Positions 24,856 through 36,409 of a stretch of DNA of 64,000 nucleotides are shown in pieces. The stretch lies in the NCBI GenBank assembly GCA_038087875.1, contig JAXLNO010000149.1, positions 1 through 64,000 on the forward strand, written 5' to 3'. A program made the translations under genes and the position numbers. The DNA is from Malacoraja senta. Taxonomy: Eukaryota. The notes under the pieces are model-generated. The model was not told where the DNA came from, did no database searches, and saw only the letters and a list, made by a program, of their open reading frames with translations. Every line of letters begins with the position of its first letter. Position 1 is the first letter of the stretch.

Positions 24856-27800
24856 TCTGAATGGTGGCCGATTAGGAAAAGGGGAGATGGAACGAGACCT
24901 GGGTGTCATGGTACACCAGTCATTAAAAGTAGGCATGCAGGTGCAGCAGGCAGTGAAGAAGGCGAATGGTATGTTAGCGGGCGGAAGCAATAGGTAGCAA
25001 GGTGAAAAGTAAAAGTGGCAGGCAGACAAATCCAGGGCAAAAATCAAAAAGGGCCACTTTTCAACATAATTGTACAAAGGGTAAGAGTGTTGTAAAAACA
25101 AGCCTGAAGACTTTGTGTCTCAATGCAAGGAGCATTCGTAATAAGGTGGATGAGTTGAACGTGCAGATGGCAATTAATGATTATGATATAGTTGGGATCA
25201 TGGAGACATCACTCCAGGGTGACCAAGGCTGGGAGCTGAACATCCAGGGATATTCAATATTCAGGAGGGATAGAGAGAAAGGAAAAGGAGGTGGGGTAGC
25301 GTTGCTGGTTAGAGAGGATATTAACACAGTGGAAAGGAAGGACATTAGCTTGGAGGATGTGGAATCGGTATGGGTAGAGCTGCGAAACACTAAGGGGCAG
25401 GAAACGCTGGTGGGTGTTGTGTACAGGCCACCTAGCAGTAGTAGTGAAGTTGGGGATGGCATCAAACAGGAAATTAGAAATGCGTGCAACAAAGGCAAAA
25501 CAGTTATAATGGGTGACTTCAATCTACATATAGATTGGGTGAATCAAATTGGCAGGGGTGCTGAGGAAGAGGATTTCTTGGAATGCATGAGGGATAGTTA
25601 TCTAAACCAACATGTAGAGGAACCAACGAGAGAGCAGGCTATTCCAGACTGGGTATTGAGTAATGAGGAAGGGTTAGTTAGCAGTCTTGTTGTGCGTGCC
25701 CCCTTGGGCAAGAGTGACCATAATATGGTTGAGTTCTTCATTAGGATGGAGAGTGACATTGTTAATTCAGAAACAACGGTTCTGAACTTAAAGAAAGGTA
25801 ACTTTGAGGGTATGAGACGTGAATTGGCCAAGATTGACTGGCAATTAGTTCTAAAAGGGTTGACGGTGGATATGCAATGGAAGGCATTTAAAGACTGCAT
25901 GGATGAACTACAAAAATTGTTCATCCCAGTTTGGCAAAAGAATAAATCAGGGAAGGTAGTGCATCCGTGGATAACAAGGGAAATCAGGGATAGTATCAAA
26001 GCAAAAGATGATGCGTACAAATTAGCCAGAAAAAGCAGCATACCAGAGGACTGGGAGAAATTCAGAGACCGGCAGAGGAGGACAAAGGGCTTAATTAGGC
26101 AAGGGAAAACAGATTATGAAAGAAAACTGGCAGGGAACATAAAAACTGACTGCAAAAGTTTTTATAGATATGCGAAGAGAAAGAGATTAGTTAAAACAAA
26201 TGTAGGTCCCTTGCAGTCAGAAACAGGTGAATTGATCATGGGGAACAAGGATATGGCGGACCAATTGAATAACTACTTTGTTTCCGTCTTCACTAAGGAA
26301 GACATAAATAATCTGCCGGAAATAGCAGGGGGCCGCGGGTCAAAGGAGATGGAGGAACTGAGTGAAATACAGGTTAGTCGGGAAGTGGTGTTGGGTAAAT
26401 TGAATGGATTAAAGGCCGATAAATCACCAGGGCCAGATAGGTTGCATCCCAGAGTACTTAAGGATGTAGCTCCAGAAATAGTGGAAGCATTAGTGATAAT
26501 TTTTCCAAAACTCTTTAGATTCTGGAGTAGTTCCTGAGGATTGGAGGGTAGCAAACGTAACCCCACTTTTTAAGAAGGGACGGAGAGAGAAAACGGGGAA
26601 TTACAGACCAGTTAGTCTAACATCGGTAGTGGGGAAACTGCTAGAGTCAGTTATTAAAGATGGGATAGCAGCACATTTGGAAAGTGGTGAAATCATTGGA
26701 CAAAGTCAGCATGGATTTACGAAAGGTAAATCGTGTCTGACGAATCTTATAGAATTTTTCGAGGATGTAACTAGTAGAGTGGATAAGGGAGAACCAGTGG
26801 ATGTGTTGTATCTGGACTTTCAGAAGGCTTTCGACAAGGTACCACATAAGAGATTAGTATACAAACTTAAAGCACACGGTATTTGGGGTTCAGTATTGAT
26901 GTGGATAGAGAACTGGCTGGCAAACAGGAAGCAAAGAGTAGGAGTAAACGGGTACTTTTCACAATGGCAGGCAGTGACTAGTGGGGTACCGCAAGGCTCA
27001 GTGCTGGGACCCCAGCTATTTACAATTTATATTAATGAACTGGATGAGGGAATTGAAGGCAACATCTCCAAGTTTGCGGATGACACTAAGCTGGGGGGCA
27101 ATGTTAGCTGTGAGGAGGATGCTAGGAGACTGCAAGGTGACTTGGATAGGCTGGGTGAGTGGGCAAATGTTTGGCAGATGCAGTATAATGTGGATAAATG
27201 TGAGGTTATCCACTTTGGTGGCAAAAACAGGAAAGCAGACTATTATCTAAATCGTGGCCGATTAGGAAATGGGGAGATGCAGCGAGACCTGGGTGTCATG
27301 GTACACCAGTCATTGAAAGTAGGCATGCAGGTGCAGCAGGCAGTGAAGAAAGCGAATGGTATGTTAGCTTTCATAGCAAAAGGATTTGAGTATAGGAGCA
27401 GGGAGGTTCTACTGCAGTTGTACAGGGTCTTGGTGAGACCACGTCTGGAGTATTGCATACAGTTTTTGTCTCCAAATCTGAGGAAGGACATTATAGCCAT
27501 AGAGGGAGTGCAGAGAAGGTTCACCAGACTGATTCCTGGGATGTCAGGACTTTCATATGAAGAAAGACTGGATAGACTTGGGCTTATACTCGCTAGCATT
27601 TAGGAGATTGAGAGGGGATCTTATAGAAACGTACAAAATTCTTATGGGGTTGGACAGGCTAGATGCAGGAAGATTGTTCCCGATGTTGGGGAAGTCCAGG
27701 ACAAGGGGTCACAGCTTAAGGATAAGGGGGAAATCCTTTAAGACCGAGATGAGGAAAAACTTTTTCACACAGAGAGTGGTGAATCTCTGGAACTCTCTGC

Positions 27801-28645
27801 CACAGAAGGTAGTTGAGGCCAGTTCATTGGCTATATTTAAGAGGGAGTTAGATGTGGCCCTTGTGGCTAAAAGGATCAGGGGGTATGGAGAGAAGGCAGG
27901 TACGGGATACTGAGTTGGATGATCAGCCATGATCATATTGAATGGCGGTGCAGGCTCGAAGGGCCGAATCGCCTACCCCTGCACCTATTTTCTATGTATC
28001 TATGTATTCATCGCAAAAGGATTTGAGTATAGGAGCAGGGAGGTTCTACTGCAGTTGTACAGGGTCTTGTGGAGACCACACCTGGAGTATTGCGTACAGT
28101 TTTGGTCTCCTAATCTGAGGAAAGACATTCTTGCCATAGAGAGAGTACAGAGAAGGTTCACCAGACTGATTCCTGGGATGTCAGGACTTTCATATGAAGA
28201 AAGACTGGATAGACTCGGTTTGTACTCGCTAGAATTTAGAAGATTGAGGGCTGATCTTATAGAAACGTACAAAATTCTTAAGTGGTTGGACAGGCTAGAT
28301 GCAGCAAGATTGTTCCCGATGTTGGGGAAGTCCAGAACAAGGGGTCACAGTTTAAGGATAAGGGGGAAATCTTTTAGGACCGAGATGAGGAAAACATTTT
28401 TCACACAGAGAGTGGTGAATCTCTGGAATTCTCTGCCACAGAAGGTAGTTGAGGCCAGTTCATTGGCTATATTTAAGAGGGAGTTAGATATGGCCCTTGT
28501 GGCTAAAGGGATCAGGGGGTATAGAGAGAAAGCAGGTACAGGATACTGAGTTGGATTATCAGCCATGATCATATTGAATGGCGGTGCAGGCTCGAAGGGC
28601 CGAAAGGCCTACTCCTGCACCTATTTTCTATGTTTCTATGTTTCT
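24856..28645 (+). mobile_element. CR1 block: near-complete ORF2 (25002-27913, frameshifted) plus a second tandem 3' end, nested in an older CR1
   Basis: APE motifs (LNARSI, GDFN, SDH) and RT motifs (QGSVLGP, FADD). The host CR1 is split at GAAACATAT|AAGATT (about 24855 and 28648). Confidence 0.92.
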
Positions 28646-29074
28646 ATATAAGATTACTAAGAGATTGGACACGCTAGAGGCAGGAAACGTGTTCCCGATG
28701 TTGGGGGAGTCCAGAACCAGGGGCCACAGTTTAAAGAATAAGGGGTAAGCCATTTAGAACAGAGATGAGGAAATACTTTTTCACCCAGAGAGTTGTGAGT
28801 CTGTGGAATTCTCTGCCTCAGAGGGCGGTGGAGGCCGGTTCTCTGGATGCTTTCAAGAGAGTTAGATGGAGCTCTTAAAGATAGCGGAGTCAGGGGGATA
28901 TGGGGAGAAGGCAGGAATGGGGTATTGATTGTGGATAATCAGCCATGATCACATTGAATGGTGGTGCTGGCTCGAAGGGCCGAATGGCCTACTCCTGCAC
29001 CTATTGTCTAGTGCACTAAACCTTATTCCCTTATCATGTATCTGTACACTGTAAATGGCTCGATTGTAATCATG

Positions 29075-29380
29075 TTTTAGTTTAGAGATACAGCGCGGAA
29101 ACAGGCCCTTCGGCCCTTCGGGTCCGTGCCGACCAGCGATCCCCGCACACTAACACTATCCCACACCCACTAGGGACAATTTTTATATTTATCAAACCAA
29201 TTAACCTACAAACCTGCACGTCTTTGGAGTGTGGGAGGAAACCGAAGATCTCGGAGAAAACCCAGGTAGGTCACGGGGAGAACGTGCAAACTCCGTACAG
29301 ACAGCACCCGTAGTGGGGATGGAACCCGGGTCTTCGGCGCTGCATTCGCTGAAAGGCAGCAACTCTACCGCTGCGCCACG
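29075..29380 (-). mobile_element. tRNA-derived HE1/V-SINE-like SINE (other copies at about 33405-33645, 54830-55005 and 58395-58725)
   Basis: A box TGGCGCAGCGG, B-box-like GGTTCCATCCC, V-core-like GCTGTCTGTACGGAGTTTGCACGTTCTCCCCGTG, and a CR1-like 3' tail. Confidence 0.8.
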
Positions 29381-29407
29381 ATTAATTTTACTTTCTATCT
29401 TTTACAG

Positions 29408-29428
29408 AGGCTCTGAAGAAGGAACTGG
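29408..29428 (+). CDS. Butyrophilin-like gene, 21-nt heptad micro-exon (EALKKEL)
   Basis: ctttctatcttttacAG | AGGCTCTGAAGAAGGAACTGG | GTaagg; phase 1-1. Confidence 0.85.
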
Positions 29429-30363
29429 GTAAGGTTGGGGGGGTGGGGAAGTGTGGGGGCGGGGTGGAAGTGTGTGGGGGGGGGTGGTGCGGAGAGGGGG
29501 GCACTGAATGACTCCACGATGTTGGGGGTAAAGGGGTCTCTGTTTCCTGTTGTGGAGAGAGCGCAGGATTTATCCCTGAAGCTCTCGAGATGTGATCTTT
29601 CATTTTCACGGAAAACAGGCCCTTCGGCCCAACGCCTCCATGCCAACCACGGTGCCCCATCTAGGCTAGTCCCATTTAGAGTCATACAGCAGGGAAACAG
29701 GCCCTTCGGCCCAACCCCTCCATGCCGTCCAAGGTTCCCCATCTAGGCTAGTCCCATTTAGAGTCACACGGCAGGGAAGCAGGCACTTCGGCCCAACTCC
29801 TCCATGCTAACCAGGGTGCCCCATGATTTCTCCGTCCCAGGATACTAGGTTATAGACAATACACAATAGGTCGAGGAGGTGGCCATTTGGCCCTTCGAGC
29901 CTGCACCGCCATTCAATGTGATCGTGGCTGATCATCCCCAATCAGTACCCCGTTCCTGCCTTCTCCCCATATCCCCTGACTCCGCTATTTTTAAGTGCTC
30001 TATCTAACTCTCTCTTGAAAGCATCCAGAGAACCGGCCTCCACTGCCCTCTGAGGCGGAGAATTCCACAGACTCACCACTCTCTGGGTGAAATAGTGTTT
30101 ACTCGTCTCCGTTCTAAATGGCTTACTCCTTATTCTTAAACTGTGTGGCCCCTGGTTCTGAACTCCCCCAACATCGGGAACATTGTGCTTCCTGAAACCC
30201 CCCACCCCCTCCCCCACCCAAGTCGCACCAGCTTCTCGTTATCACCCATCAAACAGCTAACAATGGCCTGTTTCCTTTATCATCGTTACTTTTTTGCATA
30301 TCTTCCATTCATTGTTCTTTATCTCTCCACATCACCGTCTATATCTCTCGTTTCCCTTCTCCC

Positions 30364-30396
30364 TTCTGAAGAAGGGTCTCGACCCGAAACATCACC
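30364..30396 (+). ncRNA. Minimal hammerhead ribozyme-like core in a Penelope pLTR-derived repeat
   Basis: CTGAAGA-A-GGGTC-TC-GACCC-GAAA-C(A)TC; related copies read GAAACGTC. Confidence 0.6.
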
Positions 30397-30618
30397 CATT
30401 CCTTCTCTCCAGAGATGCTGCCTGACCCGCTGAGTTCCTCCAGCACTCTGTGAAACGCCACCTATCCATGTTCTCCACAGATGCTGCCTGACCCGCTGAG
30501 TTACTCCAGCACTCTGTGAAACGTCACCTATCCATGTTCTCCACACATGCTGCCTGACCCACTGAGTTATTCCAGCTTTTTGTGTCAATCCTCTAATAAG
30601 TGGTCTCTTGTCTTTCAG

Positions 30619-30645
30619 GAAGGATTCAGATTCTCCCCACAGCTG
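30619..30645 (+). CDS. Butyrophilin-like gene, 27-nt micro-exon (GRIQILPTA)
   Basis: tctcttgtctttcAG | 27 nt | GTaagt; phase 1-1. Confidence 0.78.
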
Positions 30646-30770
30646 GTAAGTTTCAGGATTGGTGCTGTTAGACCTCATGGTCACAGATACAACATACTTG
30701 CCTACAGGTGTTTACAGATTGTAATCACATTGAATTCATTAACTTGAATCCTCCTTCCTTGTAGTTTCAG

Positions 30771-30797
30771 GCATGGACAGAATCAGAAACGCTCCTG
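30771..30797 (+). CDS. Butyrophilin-like gene, pre-B30.2 micro-exon (GMDRIRNAP; 33 nt if the acceptor before 30765 is used)
   Basis: ctccttccttgtAGtttcAG | GCATGGACAGAATCAGAAACGCTCCTG | GTaaaa; phase 1-1. Confidence 0.72.
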
Positions 30798-30989
30798 GTA
30801 AAATCTTCTGCTCACCGAGTCTCTGCTCAACTGTTTTAGTGGCTTTCATAGTCATACAGCACAGAAACAGGCCCTTCGGCCCAACTTGCCCATGCTGACC
30901 CACAAGTCCTATCTACACTAGTCCCACCTGCCCACACCGACCCACATACCCCACCTACACTAAGTACTACCTGCCCATACTGACCTACA

Positions 30990-32125
30990 TGTCAATAGAC
31001 AAGAGACAATAGGTGCAAGAGTAGGCCATTCGGCCCTACGAGCCAGCACCGCCTTTCAATGTGATCATGGATTATCATCCACAATCTGTACCCCGTTCCA
31101 GCCTTCTCCCCATATCCCTTGACTCCGCTATCTTTAAGAGCTCTATCTAACTCTCTCTTGAAAGCATCCAGAGAACCTGCCTCCACCGCCCTCTGAGGCA
31201 GAGAATTCCACAGACTCACAACTCTTTGTGTGAAAAAGTGTTTCCTCATCTCCGTTCTAAATGGCTTACCCCTTATTCTTAAACTGTGTGGCCCCTGGTT
31301 CTGGACTCCCCCAATATCAGGAACATGTTTCCTGCCTCTAGCGTGTCCAAACCCTTAATAATCTTTTATGTTTCAATAAGTTACCCTCTCATCCTTCTAA
31401 ATTCCAGAGTGTACAAGCCCAGCTGCTCCATTCTATCAGCATATGACAGTCCCGCCATCTCGGGAATTAACCTGGTGAACCTACTCTGTACTCCCTCTAC
31501 AGTAGTCCCACCTGCCCACGCTGACCCACATGCCCCAGCTACACTAAGTACTACCTGCCCGCTTTTGGCCCATATCCATCTAAACTTGTCCTATCCATGT
31601 ACCTCTCTAAATGACTTAGAAACATAGAAAATAGGTGCAGGAGTAGGCCATTCTGCCCTTCGAGCCTGCACCGCCATTCAATATGATCATGGCTGATCAT
31701 CCAACTCAGTATCCTGTACCTGCCTTCTCTCCATACCCCCTGATCCCTTTAGCCACAAGGGCCACATCTAACTCCCTCTTAAATATAGCCAATGAACTGG
31801 CCTCAACTACTTTCTGTGGCAGAGAATTCCACAGATTCACCACTCTCTGTGTAATTTTTTTTTTCTCATCTCGGTCCTAAAAGACGACCCCTTATCCTTA
31901 AACTGTGACCCGTTGTTCTGGACTTCCCCAATATCGGGAACAATCTTCCTGCATCTAACCTGTCCAACCCCTTAAGAATTTTATAAGTTTCTATAAGATC
32001 CCCCCTCAATCTTCTAAATTCTAGCGAGTACAAGCCGAGTCTATCCAGTCTTTCTTCATATGAAAGTCCTGCCATCTTACTTGGAAATGTTGTGATAGTC
32101 CCAGCCTCCTCCTGCACCTATTGTC
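30990..32125 (-). mobile_element. CR1 3' fragments in the last BTN-like intron
   Basis: FFTQRVV..WNSLP ORFs and CR1 3' UTR hairpins on the minus strand. Confidence 0.88.
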
Positions 32126-32174
32126 TCTGTTTCTATGTCCTTAACCTGAACGCCACCTCTGTTGACTCTTTCAG

Positions 32175-32731
32175 TTGCTGTGACTCTGGACCCCGACACT
32201 GCCCACCCGATGCTCCAGGTATCCCTGACCTGGTCACCGTGCGCTGTGTCAAGGGGCAGTCGATCACTTCTGGAGAGAGAGGGGGGTTGGAGCCCCCTCT
32301 CAGTGATGGGGAAGCCACCTCTCGGAGATGAGGAAAGGATCACCTCTGGCAGGTGCTACTGGGTGGTGGAGGTGGGCAGCAACTCCGAATGGGACCTGGG
32401 AGTTGCCTCCAACAAGGTGGAGAAGAGCGCGATGAGTTCGCTGATCCCCGAGGGAGGGGTCTGGTCCATCGGGTGCCACCGGAAGGTGTTCAAGGTCAAC
32501 GACGCCAATTCCACGCGGATCTCCATCCACCCAGCCACCCAGGAGAAGATCCAGATGATCGGTGTAAACCTTGACTACAACGAGAGCAAGGTCCTGTTCT
32601 GTGATGACAGCACTGGTTCTCACCTCCACTCCTTCCGTGATTGTATGTTCAAGGGGGGCCTCCTCCCCTTCTTCAACGTCTCGGCTTCAGGGAACCCACT
32701 GACGATTTGTCCAGTTGTCCAGGCTGCGTGA
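32175..32731 (+). CDS. Butyrophilin-like gene, terminal B30.2 (PRY/SPRY) exon
   Basis: Acceptor ctctttcAG. Encodes VAVTLDPDTAHP...ITSGRCYWVVEVG...WDLGVA...IGVNLDYNESKVLFCD...HLHSF...LLPFF...PLTICP, ending at TGA 32729-32731. Confidence 0.9.
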
Positions 32732-32812
32732 GTCCTAGTTCATTGTCCAGTTGTCCAGGCTGCGTGAGTCCTACTTCATTGTCCAGTTGTCGAGGCTGTG
32801 TGAGCCTAGTTG
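32707..32812 (+). repeat. 36-bp tandem triplication spanning the BTN-like stop codon
   Basis: TTGTCCAGTTGTCCAGGCTGCGTGAGTCCTAGTTCA starts at 32707, 32743 and 32779. Confidence 0.9.
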
Positions 32813-32834
32813 CCTGGGCATCGAGTGTCCTCTT

Positions 32835-33275
32835 ACAAGTTAATATCACCAGCAACTTGTCCCAGACCAGCCACGTCGAAGCAACGACCAAGAAAGCAAA
32901 CCAACGCCTCTACTTCCTGAGGGCTTAGGAAGTTCGACATGTTCCCAACAACTCTCCCCAACTTCTATGGATGCCCCCTGGAAAGCATTTTATCCAGGAT
33001 GCATCACAGCACGGTTTTGGGAACAGCTCTGTCCAAGATCGCAAGAAATTGCAGAGTTGTGGAGGCAGCCCAGACCGTCGCGCACACAAACCAACCTCCC
33101 TTCCATCGACTCCGTCTACACCTCACGCTGCCCCGGCAAGGCCAGCAGCCCAGACTGTCACACACACAAACCAACCTCCCTTCCATCGACCCCATCTACA
33201 CCTCACGCTGCCTCGGCAAGGCCAGCAGCATAATCAAGGACCAGTCTCACCCCCGGTCACTCCCTCTTCTCCCAT
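32835..33275 (+). mobile_element. Rex1/Babar-type LINE RT C-terminal remnant (another at about 57820-57960)
   Basis: TKKANQRLYFLR...FYGCPLESILS...KASSIIKDQSHP. Confidence 0.75.
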
Positions 33276-33764
33276 CCACTTCTTTAGAGATCCTGGGTCT
33301 ATCTTTAATTGCACGTAACCAGACTTTAACTTGCACTAAAAAATGTTACTCCCTTTATCCTGTATCTGTACACTGTGGACGGCTTGATTGTAATCTGTGT
33401 TGTTTAGTTCAGCTTAGTTTAGAGATACAGCGTGGAAACAGGCCATTTGGCCCACCGGGTCCGCGCCGACCAGCGATCCCCGCACATTAACACGATCTCA
33501 CCCACTAGGGACAATTTTTACGTTTACACCAAGCCAATTAACCTACAACCCTACACGTCTTTGGAGTGCGGGAGGAAACTGAAGATCTTAGGGAAAACCC
33601 ACGCAGGTCACGGGCAGAAGGTACAAACTCCGAACAGACAGCTGTTTTTTGGGGAGTCATGTAATCCTGAAAGGGGGAAGGGGCTGGGTGGAATCAATGA
33701 ATCCTGGGCACCAGTTAGGACTGCAAGAATACTGGACAGGGTCGGCTCATGAGAATAGCCTCCT

Positions 33765-34730
33765 GAAAGTAAGCATGCAGGTACAGCAGGCAGTGAAGAA
33801 AGCCAATGGCATGTTGGCCTTCACAACAAGAGGGGTTGAGGATAGGAGCAAAGAGGTCCTTCTGCAGTTGTACAGGGCCCTAGTGAGACCACACCTGGAG
33901 TATAGTGTGCAGTTTTGGTCTCCAAATTTGAGGAAGGACATTCTTGCTATTGAGGGAGTGCAGCGTAGGTTCACCAGGTTAATTCCCGGGATGGCGGGAC
34001 TGTCATATGTTGATAGAATGGGGCGGCTGGGCTTGTATACACTTAAATTTGGAAGGATGAGAGGTGATCTTTTTGAAACATATGATTATTCAGGATTTGG
34101 ACACGCTAGAGGCAGAAAACATATTCCCAGATGTTGGGGGAGTCTAGAACCAGGGGCCACCGTTTAAGAATAAGGGGAAGGCTATTGAGAACGGAGATGA
34201 GGAAACACTTTTCACCCAGAGAGTTGTGTATCTGTGGAATTCTCTGCCTCAGAAGGCAGTGGCGACCAATTCTCCGGAGGCTTTCACGAGCGAGTTAGAT
34301 AGAGCTTCTAAATATAGCGGTGTCAGGGGAAATGGGGAGAAGGCAGGAACGGGGTACTGATTGTGGATGATCAGCCATGATCTCAATGAATGGTGGTGCT
34401 GCCTCGAAGGGCCGAATGGCCTACTCCTGCACCTATTGTCTAATAGGTTTAAGGTGAGGGGGGAAAGATTTAATAGGAATCGGAGCTGGTAACGTTTTCA
34501 TGCAAAGCGTGGTGGGTGTATGGAACGAGCTGCCAGAGGAGGTAGAAGAGGCCGTTACTATCTCAACGTTTAGGAAACATTTGGAAAGGTACGTGGATAG
34601 GACAGGTTTAGAGGGATATGGGCCAAATGCAGGCAGGTGGGACTAGTGTAGATGGGACATGTTGACCGGTGTGGGCAACTTGGGCCGAAGGGCCTGTTTC
34701 CACACTATATCTATCACTCTATAACTAGAA
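33765..34730 (+). mobile_element. CR1 3' fragments
   Basis: [12 protein letters not shown]...QRRFTRLIP followed by 3' UTRs. Confidence 0.88.
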
Positions 34731-34934
34731 TGTGGACTTTGGAAAATTTCACCTCTTGTTTACAGGATCAATAGACTGTTTATGCACACTTGCTGACCTG
34801 GGGTACGGTAATGTTCTACTGGACTGTTTGTAATCAAAATTATAATTGCAGTGTGTAGCATTTCACACCTGTGACAATAAAAGTGCCAATGAGATTCCGA
34901 CGACTGCGTGCGTGTTCAATTTGTAAACTGAACA

Positions 34935-35530
34935 AAAAGAGGAGCGAGACCAGGAGGAGAGGAGAGGGAACGGGGGTCAGGCCCACCGCGCCCTCGAGGT
35001 CGGCTGTGGGAGGCTCCCACTTCTGCGGCGAGGAAGAGACCGTGTTCCATGTCTACATGCAGTGTGAGAGGTTGTAGCCCCTGTTCGACTATCTGAAGGG
35101 GCAGCTCCTGAAGTTTTGGCTACATGTTAGCCCCACACTCCTGATATTTGGGCACCCGGTACAGAGGGGGGAGGGTCGGGAGGGAGGGAGGGGGTGATCT
35201 TCCTGTCCGTCTGCTTCTGGGCCTGGCCAAGATGGCCATTCGCGGGTCCAGGCAGCGGGTAGTCGATGGCCACACCAGGGTCGGCTGCCTGCCCCTTTTC
35301 CGGGCCTACGTCCGTGCCCGCGTGTTCCTGGAGAGGGAACGCGGTGTCCACGGGGACTCTGGAGACCGTCCGTGAACGCTGGTCGCCGCGGGAGGTCGAG
35401 TGTCTTGTTGATAAAGTTGCCGTAATAATAATTTGTTGTTTGTACATAGGCAGTCTTTGATTGTGTTAATACTCTATGTTTAATTTTATTTTTTGAATAC
35501 AAGTAATTGTATAATATTAAAAAAACCTCG
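34935..35530 (+). mobile_element. Tx1-clade LINE ORF2 C-terminal remnant
   Basis: Zinc-knuckle-like HFCGEEETVFHVYMQCERL, then FWLHVSPTLLIFGHP, LLLGLAKMAI and FRAYVRARV, with an AT-rich tail. Confidence 0.75.
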
Positions 35531-35844
35531 GGGAGGAGACACAGAAACATAGGTGCAGTAGTAGGCCATTTGGTCCTTCGAGCCAGCACCGCCATTCAAT
35601 GTGATCATGGCTGATCATCCACAATCAGTACCCCGTTCCTGCCCTCTCCCCATATCCCCTGACTCCGCTATCTTTAAGAGCCCAATCTAGCTCTCTCTTG
35701 AAAGCATCCAGAGAACCGGCCTCCACTGCCTTCTGTGGCAGAGAATTCCACAGACTCACAACTCTCTGGGTGAAGAGGTTTTTCCACATCTCAGTCCTAA
35801 ATGGCCGAACCCTTATTCTTAACCTAATTCTATTTTTGTAAACC

Positions 35845-36278
35845 AGTAGGGTGGAGGTCAAACGCGGACCCGGCAGAAGTGAAGATCGAGCGCGGACGCG
35901 GCAGAGTGCAGCTCAAACGCGGACCCGGCAGAGTGCAGCTCAAACGCGGACCCGGCAGAGTGCAGCTCAAACGCGGACCCGGCAGAGTGCAGCTCAAACG
36001 CGGACCCGGCAGGGTGCAGACCGCGCGCGGACCTGGGGGACATATGCTGCCACATTCGCTCTTGGTTCACCCTACACGGTCCGCCATGTAGTTTCCTGTA
36101 CACGGTCCGCCCTATTGGGTCCGCACTACGTTGCCAGCGCCCACAGTGCCGCGTCCCCGCTTCGCTTTATTTAAACGTGCGCACTCTTAGTTCCGTTTCC
36201 ACACGATGGACCCTACACGGTCCGCTTACAGATTCAGATACAGATACACGTTGGTCCGCTTGAGTTTCACCCCGCACC
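35845..36278. repeat. CpG-rich insert with a 27-bp minisatellite and inverted subterminal GCGGACC motifs
   Basis: CAGCTCAAACGCGGACCCGGCAGAGTG repeats about five times on the left and GGTCCGC repeats on the right. The insert is absent from the paralogous region at about 45705. Confidence 0.7.
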
Positions 36279-36409
36279 AGAGAGACGGGAGGGAGGGGAG
36301 AGGGGAGAGGGAGGGGGGGCGGAGGGAGGGAGGGGGGGGGAGATGAATGAACTGCCAGGGCCGGATTAATGCCTCTAGGCCCTGAACACAGAAAATATTA
36401 TGGTGCCCC

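Noticed and set aside
24520..27599. Recurrent antisense ORFs (MIMADHPTQYPVPAFSPYP..., ...[22 protein letters not shown]...)
   Set aside because: They are reverse-strand shadows of CR1 ORF2 and 3' UTR, repeated wherever CR1 occurs.
32216..32228. CAG|GTATCCCT as a U12-type donor inside the B30.2 exon
   Set aside because: The match to GTATCCTT is imperfect, I found no fitting branch point or acceptor, and the domain continues directly.
35851..36174. Repeat-protein ORFs (QSAAQTRTR)n
   Set aside because: The 27-bp minisatellite is open in several frames, and there is no splice or domain support.
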